Shown here one piece after another: positions 1 to 13,891 of a DNA stretch of 64,000 bases. Every line of letters starts with the position of its first letter. Position 1 is the stretch's first letter. Below the pieces are notes generated by a model. That model was not told the DNA's origin, did not search any database, and saw only the letters and a list, made by a program, of their open reading frames with translations. The stretch comes from Pseudogymnoascus verrucosus (Eukaryota), in the NCBI GenBank assembly GCA_001662655.1, contig KV460210.1. One strand, written 5' to 3'. The position numbers and the translations under genes were made by a program.

Positions 1-672
1 TGATGTATCGAGTAGCAGAGAGGCAACCTGCTAGGAACTTGTCGAAAGAAAGGGGGGGAAGGTCGGAAGTTGAAATTTGGTTAATACAGCCGGAACAGCG
101 CCGAGCGTGAAGACGAAGCAGAGGTGACCTGCGAGGGTTGCCAATAAAAAATAAAACGTTGCAGACGTGAGGACTGCGGACAACTTGTCGTGATGGGTTG
201 GTTGGCAGAGGTGACGAACCTGTTAGGAACTTGTCATGAGGGTGCTAGAGGTAAGTCAGTGGGAGCTTGTCATGTTGATGGCATTGCGAGGGTGACAGAA
301 GGAAGGTCGATAGGAAGATATAATGGATATACACCTACCTACCAGCCATCAATGATGTAGGTAGGTAGGTGCACGTTAGTGTTTCTGGTTGTGTCCAAAT
401 TTGTCAAGATTGTTGTGCTATGAATTGTTGTGAAGTGGAAAGTTGTGAAGTTATGGAAATTTATTTGTTTATATATAGGAAAATTATATTAGGTGTCTCG
501 CAAGGTACCGCGCTAGATAAAGGTATATGCAATAAAATAACAAACACCACTCTGTACTCGTGCCGCTAAAGGTTTGAACAAAGGCCGATATAAAAGCTTT
601 CCTTCAGGGAACGGTCACCCACCAAACCCGATCATTACATACACCACCTCCCCTTCCAACAAACCTATCCCT

Positions 673-2355
673 TCAATTCCCAACCTTCGTCTCCTGCGTC
701 TCCTCATCATCCCCAGAGTAGGCGTACTTGCTCCTGGCCCTGATCTCCGCTCCATAGAAGTAAAACAGGAACGGAATACCACAGCACGCAAGCGCCAAGA
801 ACGCAAGCAGCGAACTAGCCCACTGATACCCGAGGCGGGCATACATCTGGTTGGTGAAGAGCACCGTCGAGGCACCCCAGAAGGAACGAATACACGTCTT
901 CGCGGCGAGCGCTGAGGCGGCCTGGTGCTGGTACGAGTCGACGATGTAGTTGTTGGCGGCGTTGTAGAGGAAGATGAAACCGAAGCCGACGGGGAAGCCG
1001 GCGAAGGCGGGTCCGGCCCAGGAGACGTGTGGGTAGGAGGTCCAGGCGAAGATGAAGAGACCGATCGGGACGAACCAGCAGGAGACCATCATGGGGATTA
1101 AGCGGGTCTCTGCGGGAGGCTTGCCGTTGTGCTTTTTGACCAAGGTCAGGTAGTGCTTGTTGACAAGTGGGGCGCAGGCGGCAGAGCAGAGGACGCCAAC
1201 GGCGAGAGGGATGAACATTAAACCTGTCTTGCCGGCATCCCACCCCTTGCCTTGTTGGTAAACGACTGGGTAGGCGACGAAGAACATGTAAAGGAGACCG
1301 TAGAGAACGGACATGTAGACGGAGATGAGCAGGACGATAAGTTCGCCGAAGAGAAGCTGGAATGGTCGAATGAGGAAGTTGAGGAGGCGGTCAGAGAATG
1401 GGCGCATATCGAGATCTTGCTCGGTGACATATCTCTTTCCGGAAGATTTGGAGAGTTTCTCAGCACGGCGCTTGAGGATGGTTGGCGCGTATGTCTCGGG
1501 AACGGTGAAGGTGATCAGCACCCAAACAGTACCGGAAAGGATAAGCTGGATCCAGTAAAGCCAGCGCCAGCCCTTGGCGTCAGCCAAGTATCCTCCAACG
1601 AGGGGACCAATTGCGGGGCCGATGAAGGGAGCAGCCGAGAAGGCAGCCATAGGAACACCGCGCTCTTCGTTCTTCCAGCAATCAGCCAGGGTGCCTCCAA
1701 CAAGAGTCATGGGAGCAGAAAAGGCGATGCCGTCGAGGGCTCTGAAGACCATGAGTGTTGCTATATTCTTTGAGACGGCGCATGGAATAATGAAGATCAC
1801 GGCGACGAGGAGAGTCGAGCCGTATATGACACGACGGCCATAGATTTCCGAAAGAGGCGCGAATATCATAGGTCCAACACCGAAACCAATAACAAAGACG
1901 GTGATCGACAGGAGAGCGACCTCCTCAGAAACGTTGAATTCTTTTGCGAGCCCCTCGATATCAGCTGTGATAACGCTGGAATTGAAGGCTACCACGAAGC
2001 AGGTGAGAGCCACACACATCGTGCACCACCACTTCATCGCCTTGGACCAATTCTTTGGGTTGTCCTTGTCGTCTGGTGTGAAGGCGACGACGGAATATGG
2101 GGTGCCATCAGCGGAAACTCCAGTCTCTGTTACTCCATCCGGCTCGTCGTGGGTGTACTCGCGGAGGTTTGCATTTCGGCTCAATGTTCGATATGGCAAA
2201 TTGATATCCAAATTCGGATCTCTGACTTCCTTTTTCGACTCGCGGGTTGCAGAACGGCCTAGTCCTGATTGCCGTGTGTTGGTGCGGTCGATAGATATAG
2301 GTTCGAATGTGGTGGAGGCATGTTGCCCTGGCATTACAATACCTTCTGCCGCCAT
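673..2355 (-). CDS. MFS drug:H+ antiporter (DHA1 family, TPO/Caf5-like), intronless
   Basis: About 560 aa from MAAEGIV (ATG at 2355; the ORF track starts at an upstream TTG). Contains DNPKNWS..KW, GFGVGPMIFAPLSEIYGRR, GGTLAD and YIVDSY..AASALAA motifs with about 12 hydrophobic segments. Confidence 0.93.
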   Translation of the reverse strand: MAAEGIVMPGQHASTTFEPISIDRTNTRQSGLGRSATRESKKEVRDPNLDINLPYRTLSRNANLREYTHDEPDGVTETGVSADGTPYSVVAFTPDDKDNPKNWSKAMKWWCTMCVALTCFVVAFNSSVITADIEGLAKEFNVSEEVALLSITVFVIGFGVGPMIFAPLSEIYGRRVIYGSTLLVAVIFIIPCAVSKNIATLMVFRALDGIAFSAPMTLVGGTLADCWKNEERGVPMAAFSAAPFIGPAIGPLVGGYLADAKGWRWLYWIQLILSGTVWVLITFTVPETYAPTILKRRAEKLSKSSGKRYVTEQDLDMRPFSDRLLNFLIRPFQLLFGELIVLLISVYMSVLYGLLYMFFVAYPVVYQQGKGWDAGKTGLMFIPLAVGVLCSAACAPLVNKHYLTLVKKHNGKPPAETRLIPMMVSCWFVPIGLFIFAWTSYPHVSWAGPAFAGFPVGFGFIFLYNAANNYIVDSYQHQAASALAAKTCIRSFWGASTVLFTNQMYARLGYQWASSLLAFLALACCGIPFLFYFYGAEIRARSKYAYSGDDEETQETKVGN

Positions 2356-3536
2356 GCTGCCTATTGAGTTTGGAAGCTTGGATAGGGGGACAGAAAGAAG
2401 CAAATATATGAGAGTAGATTATATGCTGTATTGGAATAATAGAAAAGACTTCAGGAGTGGGTTGGGTGGAACCTTATATACCCAAAGGGTGAAAATATCA
2501 TAATGGTACGGAATTCTACTGTACCTGACACTTCGGACCTGAACCGCACTTGCTTCAGGGACAGTAAGATGCCTCATTGGCAAATATAAGTGGATATGAG
2601 AAATATCTAACAGAGATTGGTGAAGACATCGGTAAGACGGCAGCATGACCAGGCCTGGTTGTCCTTTAAAAGCGTCTAAAACCGGCATAGTGACGAAGAG
2701 AGACGCCCATTTATGGGCCCTCCGAAGCTCTAGTGCCACCGAAGAACGGGAGTGGCGATGGAAGTCACTTTCTGACATTACCGAATACTCCCGGCGCTCT
2801 ACTATCCAATAGAAGATGGTATCTCGGCGGCAAGGCTACTGCTCATTCTCAGCCTCATGAAGCTTATATAAGTCTTCAACCTCGTCGTTGCCTTCGCCAG
2901 CTGCTCCAAACTGCGGCCAACGCCAACTTACAACATTTGGCAGTATACAAGTGAACAAAAACCCTTTAAAAACTCTGATATACAAAGCACTGCCGTATTT
3001 TTCCGTTTTTATGGTAATGCAGGTTTTGTGATCAAAACTCTGTAACATAGCTGGTCCAGCCCTTTCGTAAACTTGACGACAGACATTTGATCTGCCCAAT
3101 CATTATCTCATATTCAGCATTAGCGCCGGCTCATAAATATTTTCGGAGCGGGTAGATTGTGGTCTGTGCTACTTGGGTCCCATAATTCTCGGTTCTGCTC
3201 CGGGCTACCGACGGGGTCAAATCTCGTGATATGTCCAGGCCTCCATCACGTGAATTGATGTCATACCTTTATGAACTTCAAAGATTGGTGCTGGTCTTAT
3301 TGGTGTATAAGACCGGCGGCGTTGAGTACTTCATATTCACACGAATTTACGTGCGGTATAGGTATATTTTCTTAGTGTGGAAGTAGTACTTGTTATGCCA
3401 CCATTTGATACTTTGGCCTCTCATAATGACAGGAGGGGTATACTTCTGCCACGCACAGTTTTGTATGACCTCAGAGGTATCTGTTAGGCCTGGGCCGAAC
3501 CCATACTTTCTGACTATTCGAAGCTATAGCTTAATA

Positions 3537-6500
3537 ATGGCCTCCATAGCTGTTGATAAGGGAAGCTCTGCTTCATCATTGCAGCCCTGCTCGACATGGA
3601 CCCTGTCCGTTGAAGAGATTCGAGTGCAGTATATTCATTCTCCTTTTTATAATTATAGAATGTTAAAACCATCACCTCAGGCAAGGCGACGTGTTCAATA
3701 TGGCTGACCAAAATATCGAGCGATTGATGAGCCGCATGTTCGGACATGGACGGCAAGAAACTTCCGAAGAAGAGAAGACAAGGCACGTTGGAGTGGTATT
3801 CAGGCACTTGACAGTCAAAGGCGTAGGGCTTGGGGCAAAGATACAACCTACAGTCGGCGATCTCTTTATGGCATTACCGCGAAAGATTGGAGCTGTTTTC
3901 AGCGGGAATAAGAAAGCCCATGGGGGACCGCCGATACGGACAATCATCAATGACTTTAGCGGTGTCATCAAGCCAGGGGAGATGGTCCTGGTGCTTGGTC
4001 GTCCAGGGAGTGGTTGCTCAACCTTTCTGAAAGTGCTTGGGAATCAAAGAGCTGGCTTCAAGAGCGTCGAAGGGGACGTGTGCTATGGAGGAGAGTCAGC
4101 AGCAACCATGGCCAAGGAGTTCAGAGGAGAAGTGCTATACAACCCCGAAGACGACCTCCACTATGCGACATTAAGCGTCAAGCGGACTCTAGAGTTTGCG
4201 CTCAGGACAAGGACACCAGGAAAAGAGTCGAGGATGGACGGCGAGAGCCGCGAACAATACATCAAAGTGTTCTTAAAGGCGCTCACACAGCTATTCTGGA
4301 TCGAGCATACACTGAACACGTTCGTCGGCAGCGAGCACGTCCGTGGCGTATCGGGAGGAGAGAGGAAGCGTGTTAGCATTGCCGAAGCTATGATAACGAA
4401 GGCTTCGACACAGATGTGGGACAATTCTACAAGAGGCCTCGATGCGTCTACAGCATTGGAATATGTGAACAGCATCCGGACATTGACCACAATGGCCAAG
4501 ATATCGACGGCTGTGGCCTTATATCAAGCTGGAGAAAGTTTATACAAAGCGTTCGACAAGGTATTATTAATCGACGAAGGTCGATGCTGCTATTATGGCC
4601 CAGCAGACGCCGCCGTCGAATATTTTGAAAACCTCGGGTTTGAGCGCCCCGAAAGATGGACAACAGCCGATTTCCTCACCTCCGTCACTGACAAGCACGA
4701 ACGGCGGGTGAGAGAGGGATGGTACGATAGGATACCCAAAACCCCTGAACAGTTTGAGGCCGCTTTCCGCGGAAGCGAGATCGAGAAAGCAAATTGGCGC
4801 GAACTGGATGGATATCAAAGTCTTGTTGAGGAGCAGATTCGCAGGAGAGCCGAGGCGATGACGAAGAAGACTGCGAAGAAGAATTATACGCTCCCATTCT
4901 ACCTACAAGTTTTGGCGTGCACAAACGAGCATTTCTTCGTTATGCTGGGTGATCGACAGACTTTGATTGGGAAATGGAGCGGTATCCTCTTCCAAGGTCT
5001 TATTGTTGGCTCGCTGTTCTTCAACATGCCGAAAACAACACAAGGTGTGTTTGAGAGAGGGGGTGTGATGTTTTTTATGCTGTTATTCAATGCTCTCCTT
5101 GCTTTGGCAGAATTGACTGCTGCGTTTCAAAGCAGGCCTATCATGATGAAGCACAAGGCCTTCTCGTTCTACCGTCCTGCGGCTTATGCCATTGCTCAAG
5201 TTGTTATTGATTTGCCTTTAGTTCTTATCCAGGTCTCTATATTTGATCTAGTGGTTTACTTTATGTCTAATCTCCAGCGCACACCAAGCCAATTTTTCAT
5301 TTCTTTGTTAATTCTTTGGACCTTGACTCTGGCTATGTACTCCTTCTTCCGTGCCATCGGGGCCTGGGCTGGTTCTCTAGATGTTGCAACTCGGTTTACA
5401 GGACTTGCCATCCAAATATTTGTCACATATACGGGGTATCTTATTCCCCCGAAAAAAATGCGGCCCTGGCTGTCGTGGCTTCGATGGATCAACCCGGTTC
5501 AATACGGCTTTGAGGGCCTAATGTCCAACGAGTTTTACAACCTCGAAGTCCAATGTGTTCCTCCAGTGCTCGTTCCAACTGGCCCCGATGCGCGGCCTCA
5601 GTTCCAGTCATGTGCGCTCCAAGGGTCGGAGCCAGGGAAGACCTCTGTTTCTGGAAAGAATTATATCATGACGGGTTTCGACTATACCAGGTCACACCTT
5701 TGGCGAAATATCGGAATCATTATCGGCTTCTGGCTATTTTTCGTTGCTCTCGCGGCGCTGGGAATGGAGCGACAGAAACCTAATGCTGGTGGTGGTGCAG
5801 TTACAGTCTTCAAGCGCGGCGGAGCTCCAAAAGCTGTTGAGAAGGCCATCAAGGAGAAAGACGCCAATGGGACCGACGCTGAAGCTGGAAGAGAGAGCTC
5901 AGACGACAACAGGGATGAGAGACCTCAAAATTCCGGTGGAGGAATGAGGGAGGGAATAGCGAGGAACGAAACGGTCTTTACCTTCCAGAACGTTAACTTC
6001 ACAATTCCTTACGAGAAAGGGGAGAGAAAGCTACTTCAAGGGGTTAATGGTTATGTAAGACCTGGCGAGCTAACAGCACTGATGGGCGCCAGTGGTGCAG
6101 GGAAGACAACTTTGCTCAACACGCTCGCGCAGAGAGAGGATGCTGGTGTTGTCACTGGTGATTTTCTAGTAGATGGGAGACCGCTTCCCCTGTCGTTCCA
6201 GCGTTCCACAGGCTTTGCTGAGCAGATGGATATCCATGAGCCTACAGCCACTGTTCGTGAAGCATTTCGGTTCTCGGCTCTGTTACGCCAACCAAAGGAG
6301 GTTCCGAAGAAAGAGAAATATGAATATGTCGAGAAGATTATTGACCTGCTGGAAATGCATGATCTAGCCGAGGCCATAATTGGAGAGATTGGACATGGGC
6401 TTAACCAAGAGCAACGGAAGAAAGTCACGATTGGAGTTGAGCTTGCCTCAAAGCCGGAATTACTACTTTTCTTGGATGAGCCGACGTCCGGACTGGATAG

Positions 6501-8006
6501 CCAGGCTGCGTTTAATATCGTGAGGTTTCTACGGAAGCTGGCTGATGCTGGGCAGGCAATCCTCTGCACCATCCATCAACCGTCTGCAGTCCTATTTGAG
6601 GAATTTGATGAACTCCTACTTCTCAAATCTGGAGGACGAGTTGTCTTCCATGGTACGCTGGGGAAAGATAGTAAGGATATGATTGAATATTTTGAAGAGA
6701 ACGGCGCCAAGGAGTGCCCGAAGGATGAGAATCCGGCAGAGTACATGCTGGAGGTAATCGGCGCAGGTGATCCCAATTACGACGGGCCTGACTGGGCGGA
6801 TATTTGGGAGAAATCAAAGGATGCCAAGGATAGGCAGGGTGAGATTCAGAGGCTGGTCCAAGACCGTCGACAGGCCACGGCAGGGCACGGAGGGGCCAGG
6901 AAGGATGACAGGGAGTATGCTATGCCATATAGCACGCAGATCTTGGCTGTGATTAAGAGATGCTTTATTGCCTACTGGCGAACCCCCCAATACTTCTTTG
7001 GGAAGCTGGTTCTTCATATAATTACTGGTATGCACCAACACACCCCAGTCCAACACTTTGCCATAAGCTAACACCACAACCCACAGGTCTCTTCAACACA
7101 TTCACCTTCTGGAAACTAGGCAACTCAAGCATCGACATGCAATCCCGCCTCTTCACCATCTTCATGACCATGACCATCGCCCCGCCCCTAATCCAACAGC
7201 TCCAACCCCGCTACATCTCCTTCCGCGACGTCTTCAAATCCCGCGAATCCAAATCCAAGATCTACGCCTGGCCCGCCTTCACCCTCGGCGCCATCCTCCC
7301 CGAGCTCCCCACCTCCCTCTTCTGCGGCGGCATCTTTTTCTGCTGCTGGTACTTTGGTGTCGGACTCCCGCTCGGCTTCCCCGCTGGGTATGTCTTCATG
7401 ATGATCTGCCTCTTCGAGATCTTCTACGTCGGCTTCGGACAGTTCATCGCTGCAATGGCACCAAACGCCATGTTCGCTTCCCTCCTCATTCCGTTCTTCT
7501 TCCTCTTCATCGTCGCCTTCTGCGGCGTCGTCGTCCCGTACCCGGCGCTGCCTAGCTTCTGGAGAAGCTGGATGTACTGGCTAACCCCCTTCCACTACTA
7601 CCTCGAAGGCCAGCTCGGCGTTGTCACAAACAACATCCCCGTCGTCTGCGACGAATCCGAGTTCGCGCGCTTCCCTCCTCCACCCGGCATGAGCTGCGCG
7701 TCGTACACTGACGAATTCGTGGCGCGGATGGGCGGCTATGTGCAAGTTGGTGCGGGGGGCTTGTGCGAGTACTGCCAGTTTGCGAATGGGAACCAGTTCG
7801 CGAAGGGGTTTAATGTGTTTTATCGCCATCGCTGGCGTGATTTCGGACTCATGTGGGTGTATGATGGATTTAACTTCATTGTAGTGTTCTTTGCGACGTG
7901 GATGTTTTTGGGGGGGGCGATGAAGATTAAGAAGGCGTTGAGTCCGAAGGATAGGAGGATTGCGAGGGAGCAGAAGAGGGCGGCGGAGAGGTCGAGTGAG
8001 GGGTGA
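3537..8006 (+). CDS. Full-size PDR/ABCG-type ABC multidrug transporter
   Basis: NBD1 GRPGSGCST and VSGGERKRVSIAE, NBD2 GASGAGKTT, LNQEQRK and FLDEPTSGLD, plus two TMDs. Intron 7028-7086 (GTATGC...CTAAC...CAG) joins the two ORF-track pieces in frame. A probable first exon 3537-3629 splices in frame at 3681; otherwise the start is ATG 3700. Confidence 0.93.
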
Positions 8007-8275
8007 GGGGTGGGATGTTTTGTAATTTTATTGTAGTTTTATTGTAATTTTATATAGCTCCATCTGGATCGAAATATTTATATTGTTTAATAATCATAAG
8101 CTTATTCAATATACCCCGCAGACTTCAGACTTCAACGATGGGTTATTATGGTAGTAAGCGATATAAATTTGTCTACGCAGCTTCATTCGCATCAATAAAC
8201 GCCGCATTATGCTCATTATGTATTATTAATATCCCATTCCACCTATTCACACACCCTCAAATCTTTTCAGAGCAT

Positions 8276-9842
8276 TCAAGCTCTTACCTTCCTACTCTCC
8301 CGCCGCCTCACCCACACAAACCACCCCGAACTGGCAAACGCCAGCGCGATGCCTACCCAGCTATACATCGGCATCCTAAACTTCGCCAGCACCGGGATGA
8401 GAAACGCATACGCCGGGATAGTCAAGAAATTCGTCGTCAACGGACTCGTCGCCAGCACGAGCAGCACCGTAGCAGTGAACACGCAGAATGTGCCTAGCGA
8501 GCCGCACAGCATCATGAACCAGTGCCACGGCCGGTCGAGGAAGTAGATATTGCGCGCGATATTGGGCAGCTCGCCTGAGATCAGGACGAAGGGGAGGGAG
8601 ACCATGATGGAGAGTAGCGAGACGTGGTGCAAGAGCGTGTATGTGGTGCGCGAGCTCGTAGGGTCACGAGCGCGCTCGGGCGACGGCGCAGAGAGGTTCT
8701 GGTAGGTTGAGTAGAGGAGGACGGGGAAGAGGGCGGCGCAGAAGGATGAGATGACACCGGCGAGCACGCTGTCCCAGGTTACGCGGATGTTAGAGCGGCA
8801 AGAGCCGACGAGGAGGTTCAGTGTTGCGGAGAGGGTGGCGGAGAGGAGGGGGATGGAGTGTCGGGTTCCTTTTAGGAGGGAGTCGGCGAGCGCGGTGAGG
8901 GGGACTATGCCGATGCGCGTGAGGACGTACATGGGGAGTTCGGAGTGGGCGTAGGAGATGGTGCTGAGGTGGATCTTGAGCACGTAGATGATTGCGAGGA
9001 GGATGGTTTTGCGTGCCACGGCGCGGTCGAATTCAAAGGGACCGCCGCCGGCAATGCCGGAGCCGGCTTTGGAGAAGATCTTGGAGATGAATCGGGGGAA
9101 GCGGCGAGGTGTGCGCTGCGTGTATGTTGTTGGGGGAGGCTTGGTGAGGGCGTACGAGGGCGCCACGAGAGCGGCCAGGCCAGCGTTGCTGAGGTACCGG
9201 CTAAAGAGCCTGGTGAAGCCAGCGAAGGCCCAGAGGAAGAAGTGGCAGCCGACGAGTTCGATAAATGTAGTCGTAAGCGGATACGGGAATTTGTAGACAC
9301 CGGCTGGACATAATAGTTAGTTTACTTGATCCAGCAGGACGAGATCATACAGAGGGGAACATACTGAGCAGGACCAGCCAGTTGATCACCATGAGCCCTA
9401 TGGCCGTCCCCATTAACCATAAACACATCAAGCTTATGTAGACACTCCATCCCCTCGTTGTAGCAAATAAATATATGCCCAAGCCACCCTGTGTCAAGAA
9501 GCCCTTCCAGCCGGTGGGCCGCTGCCGTTGCGACAAGAAGCCTCCCCCACCAGACAGGTCACCCAGGTCGTCTTCTCCCGAATCTGACCCCTCGTTGGAT
9601 GTCCAGCCCGTGGATATATGTGGAGATGGCGTCCTCGATATGTTTATTAGGGGCAACGAGCTGGGAACCAGCTCTGGCTGGTTATAATGTGCCATCCTGT
9701 CGCTTTCGTCAGAGCTTCGACGCCCTCGCTCGATGTCTGTGCCGGGTGTAGTCCAGGAACGGGTTCCCTCTGGTAAGAGGTACTGTATAGCAGGTCGGAA
9801 GAGTGTTGAACTTATTGTATTGTGCGCCGAGAAGGTGGGCAT
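8276..9842 (-). CDS. Nucleotide-sugar/triose-phosphate (DMT/SLC35) family transporter, GDP-fucose transporter-like
   Basis: Exon 1 (9842 to ~9365) splices through a GTATGT...CTAAC...CAG intron to TGVYKFPYPLTTTFIEL, continuing into the 8276 ORF. Multiple TM segments and a TSPLT motif. Confidence 0.78.
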
Positions 9843-10098
9843 GTGAAATTATATGTATTAGTACAGGATCATACCAAATAGGCAGAATTGAAGTTGAAGT
9901 TCATGATCGTCGTCACTTAAATTTCCCACTGTAGTCCCCTGAGCCCTTGTAAGTGGTTCGGTACCTAGGTACAAGCGCCGCGGAAACCTTAACGGTGCAC
10001 GAGCCACATGCCGAGACCTATCTTTGAAAAGTGTCAACCGCCTCCTTCCCTTCGATCAAGCCAGAAAAACTACCTCGCATGGGATATCAGCGACGCCA

Positions 10099-11658
10099 AT
10101 GGCTTCATTACTTACCCCGCTGCGGCGGGCTCTGCCCAAGTTAGGGAAAGACCTTTTCACCTGCCGCCAATGCCCCAAATCCGCTTCCATCCAAGCGCCG
10201 AAGCTCCGGACCAGCAAAGGCCTCTCCGCCTTCCAGCCCACGCGCTTCTATAACAGCTCTGCGCCGCTGCGCACAGCTGCTACGTTGCCAGGAACCCAGG
10301 CCACGTCTCTATCTTCTCTGAGCCAGACTATTGCGAATGCTCAGAAGGAAACGACGAAGAAATCCTTCTTCCCAGATACCAGCTCCCGCGGCGTGGCTTT
10401 CTGGCTTCTCGGCAGTGCAGCCAGTGTGTTCGGCATCGTCGTCTTTGGCGGGCTGACACGGCTCACGGAATCAGGGTACGCATCTCGTACTCTCTAGAAA
10501 TGTGCTTAAGCTAACCTATATACGTCCAGACTGAGTATTACAGAATGGCGCCCGGTAACTGGCACGCTCCCTCCCCTCTCTGCCGCAGACTGGGACTCCG
10601 AGTTCAACAAGTACCGCGCCTCCCCCGAATTCAAGCTGCTCAACCCCACCATGACACTTGACGAGTTCAAATACATCTACTTCATGGAATGGACGCACCG
10701 CCTCTGGGGCCGCGTGATCGGCCTCTCCTTCGTCCTCCCCGCCATCTACTTCGTCGCCCGCCGCCGCGTCTCGGCCCCGCTCACCGCAGGCCTCGCGGGC
10801 ATCTCGGCCATAATCGGAATCCAAGGCTTCATCGGTTGGTGGATGGTCAAGTCCGGGCTGAAGGACGACCTCTTCGCCCCCGGCTCCCACCCCCGCGTCT
10901 CCCAGTACCGTCTCGCCGCCCATCTCGGCACGGCATTCATCTGCTACGCTACCATGCTCTGGGGTGGTCTATCGGCTCTCCGCGACCGCGCTCTCCTCGC
11001 TGACGCCACTAGTGGGCACGCCTCGATCCTCGAGCGCTCTAACCCAGCCCTCCGCCACTTCCGCCGCTCCGTCGGTTTCATCGCCCTGCTCGTCTTCACT
11101 ACGGCTGTCTCCGGCGCTCTCGTCGCCGGTCTTGACGCTGGACTCATTTACAACGAGTTCCCGACCATGGGTCCTGGACGCATCGCCCCACCTGCCTCTG
11201 AGCTCTTTAGCGACTTCTACTCTCGCCGCGAGGACAAGGCTGATCTCTGGTGGCGCAACATCCTCGAGAACCCTTCGACTGTGCAGCTTGACCACCGCAT
11301 CCTCGCTACCACTACGCTGACCACCATCATCGCTCTGTGGGCATACTCTCGCTTCAACCCGCGCATCGCGGCGGCGATTCCCAGGAATGCCCGCAGGGGT
11401 ATGGTGGGTGTCGTCCACTTCGCATTGGCCCAGGTGGCGCTCGGTATCACGACTCTGCTGTACCTGGTGCCGCTACCGCTGGCGTCTGCGCATCAGGCGT
11501 GCAGCATGGGATTGCTTACTATGACTCTCGTTCTCGGGAGCCGGCTGTGGGTCCCTAAGAGGAGTTTGAGACTCGTGCAAAGCAGCATGGCACAGGCTGC
11601 GCAGGGTGGTTCGAAAGTGAGGGTCCCTGCTGCCGCGAGGGGAACACCAACTGCTTAA
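10099..11658 (+). CDS. COX15: Heme A synthase (cytochrome c oxidase assembly protein)
   Basis: Arg/Ser-rich presequence, VFGGLTRLTESGLSITEW across intron 10476-10529, EWTHRLWGR, VSQYRLAAHL and LDAGLIYNEFP motifs. Confidence 0.96.
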
Positions 11659-11953
11659 GTTGTATATTGAGAGGGGTGGATATTGTAGTATAGAATAGTG
11701 TGACGATAGTGTTCAAATATCGGGAATTAGGGGGCAGATAGCATCACAGCGGCGTTTCACGCAGGAATAGTGTATCAGTAACGGGATCTCAACTCGACTA
11801 ATAGACTCAATTTTTTTCCTCTCCTTAAAAGGCCTGTCTACATTTCTCGCATACATGCCGTCGTGCTTGTGCACAGTTGGCAGACGTATCCCCCATTTGA
11901 ATGGTCACACGCAGTATCCTGTTTTATACGACGCTCACTCTGGTAACATGCAT

Positions 11954-13891
11954 TTACTTGTGCGCTGTAAAAAGTTAGTGGTAGCCTCAAAATCACAGAC
12001 GGGAATTACTCACCAATACCCTCCTCAGGCTGTGCCTCAATGCCCACAACCTCAGCGGCCAACTTGGCATGCCCCTTCTGCTCCTCCTTCATAAACGGAA
12101 ACGCCAAAACCTCCTTAATACTGTAACGATCGGTCAAGAACATGACCAGGCGATCAATACCCATTCCCCATCCACCGGTAGGAGGCAGACCATACTCGAG
12201 ACTCATACAGAAGTTCTCATCGACCATCTGTGCCTCATCATCACCCTGCTCCTTCTGCCTCGCCTGCTCCTCGAAGCGCAGACGCTGGTCAAACGGATCG
12301 TTCAACTCAGTGTAGGCGTTCACAATCTCCTTCTTACACACGAACGCCTCGAAGCGCTCGCAGAGTCCGGGGTTGGCGCGGTGCGACTTGGCGAGTGGGG
12401 ACATCATCTGGGGGTGACCGGTGATGAAGGTGGGGTTGACGCAGGTCTCCTCGATGAAGTCACCGACCATTTTGTCGAGCATGCGCGCGTTGGTGAGCGG
12501 CGGCGAGCACTCGATGTTCATCCTCTTGAGGACGCCGCGGAGGAAGGTGTTGGTCTCATCGGTGTGCAGCTCGGGTCCGGGAGGGAACTTCTCGCCGGTG
12601 GCCTCCTCCAGGGCGGGGATCATCTCCACGCGGCGCCATGGGGCTTCCCAGTTGACCTCGTACTCCTCGCCGTGCTGGGTGTGGAACTTGGTGGTGTAGC
12701 CGCCGGTCAGCTCCTTGACGAGGCTGGAGACGAGCTCCTCAGTCATGTTCATGAGGTCGTATACGTCAGCGTAGGCCATGTAGAACTCAGCGGTGGTGAA
12801 CTCGGGGTTGTGGGTGAGATCGATGCCCTCGTTACGGAACTGCTTGCCGATCTCGTAGACACGGTCGAGGCCACCGACGACAAGCATCTTCAGGTAGAGC
12901 TCAGGGGCGATACGCATGAACATGTTCATGTTCAGGTCGTTGTGGTGAGTGGTGAAGGGCTTAGCAGTGGCACCTCCAGCAATGGCGTTAAGCATGGGCG
13001 TCTCGACCTCGGTGAAGTCCTTGTTGTCCAGGTACTTGCGGATATATGTGACGACCTTGGAGCGGGTGAGGAAAACATTCCTGGTGGGCTCGTTCATGAT
13101 CAGATCGAGATATCTCTTGCGGTGGCGCTGCTCCTGATCCTTGAATCCGTAGTACTCATCTGGTAACTGGTGCAGACATGGGGTTAACAGCTTAACCTCT
13201 GTCGCAAAGATCGACAACTCTCCCTCCTCTCCCTTCTCAATCTTGTTCTTTGGTGCCGTGCGGCCTGGGTATCCGACAATGCCAATAATATCTCCACGGC
13301 GGAGGTGCTCATGCTGGTTTTCGAACGGCGGGGCGCCCTCTGCAGACTCTTGCAGCTGGCACATCACCTGCAGCTTAACACCCTGGGATCGGACATCGTA
13401 GAAGACGAGCTTGGTTCCAGACGCACGCTTGTTGTAGATACGGGCACCCATGCGGACCTCCACCTCCTTGCGCTGCTCACCCGACTTGAGGTTCTCATGC
13501 GCCTTGACAAAGTCGCGGATATCAGTGTTCACCTCGAACTTATGCGGGTATGGGCTCGGGTCTTGCGAAGTGCGCAGCTTGTTGATGGCGCGCGAGCGAA
13601 TTTCGAAGTATTGCTGTTATACCCCGCTATTAGCCTCGTCATCGAGGGGTCGATGTACAGGGGCGTGAGACTTACGTTGGGGTTCAATTCCTTCTCATCG
13701 GCCTCGGCATTGCTCTTCTTCTCCTTCACTGGCTTAGGGGGAGCGGCGGCCTCCTTCTTCTTCTTCTCCTCCTCCTTTTGGCGCTGCTTTTGGCGCTTCT
13801 TGAGCTCAGACTTGGACACCTTCTCGCCGGTGACCTCGTCCAAGTGCAGGTTCGCGACTTGCTCCTCGATGGGAGCTGCTGCGTCAGCCAT
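11954..13891 (-). CDS. KRS1: Cytosolic lysyl-tRNA synthetase (class II)
   Basis: [11 protein letters not shown]-terminus, [24 protein letters not shown] and [15 protein letters not shown]. Intron 13614-13675 and a terminal intron give the C-terminus EEGIAHK*. Confidence 0.97.

Noticed and set aside
12069..13166. 365-aa plus-strand ORF antisense to lysyl-tRNA synthetase
   Set aside because: Shadow ORF caused by the strong codon bias of KRS1; no recognisable motifs.
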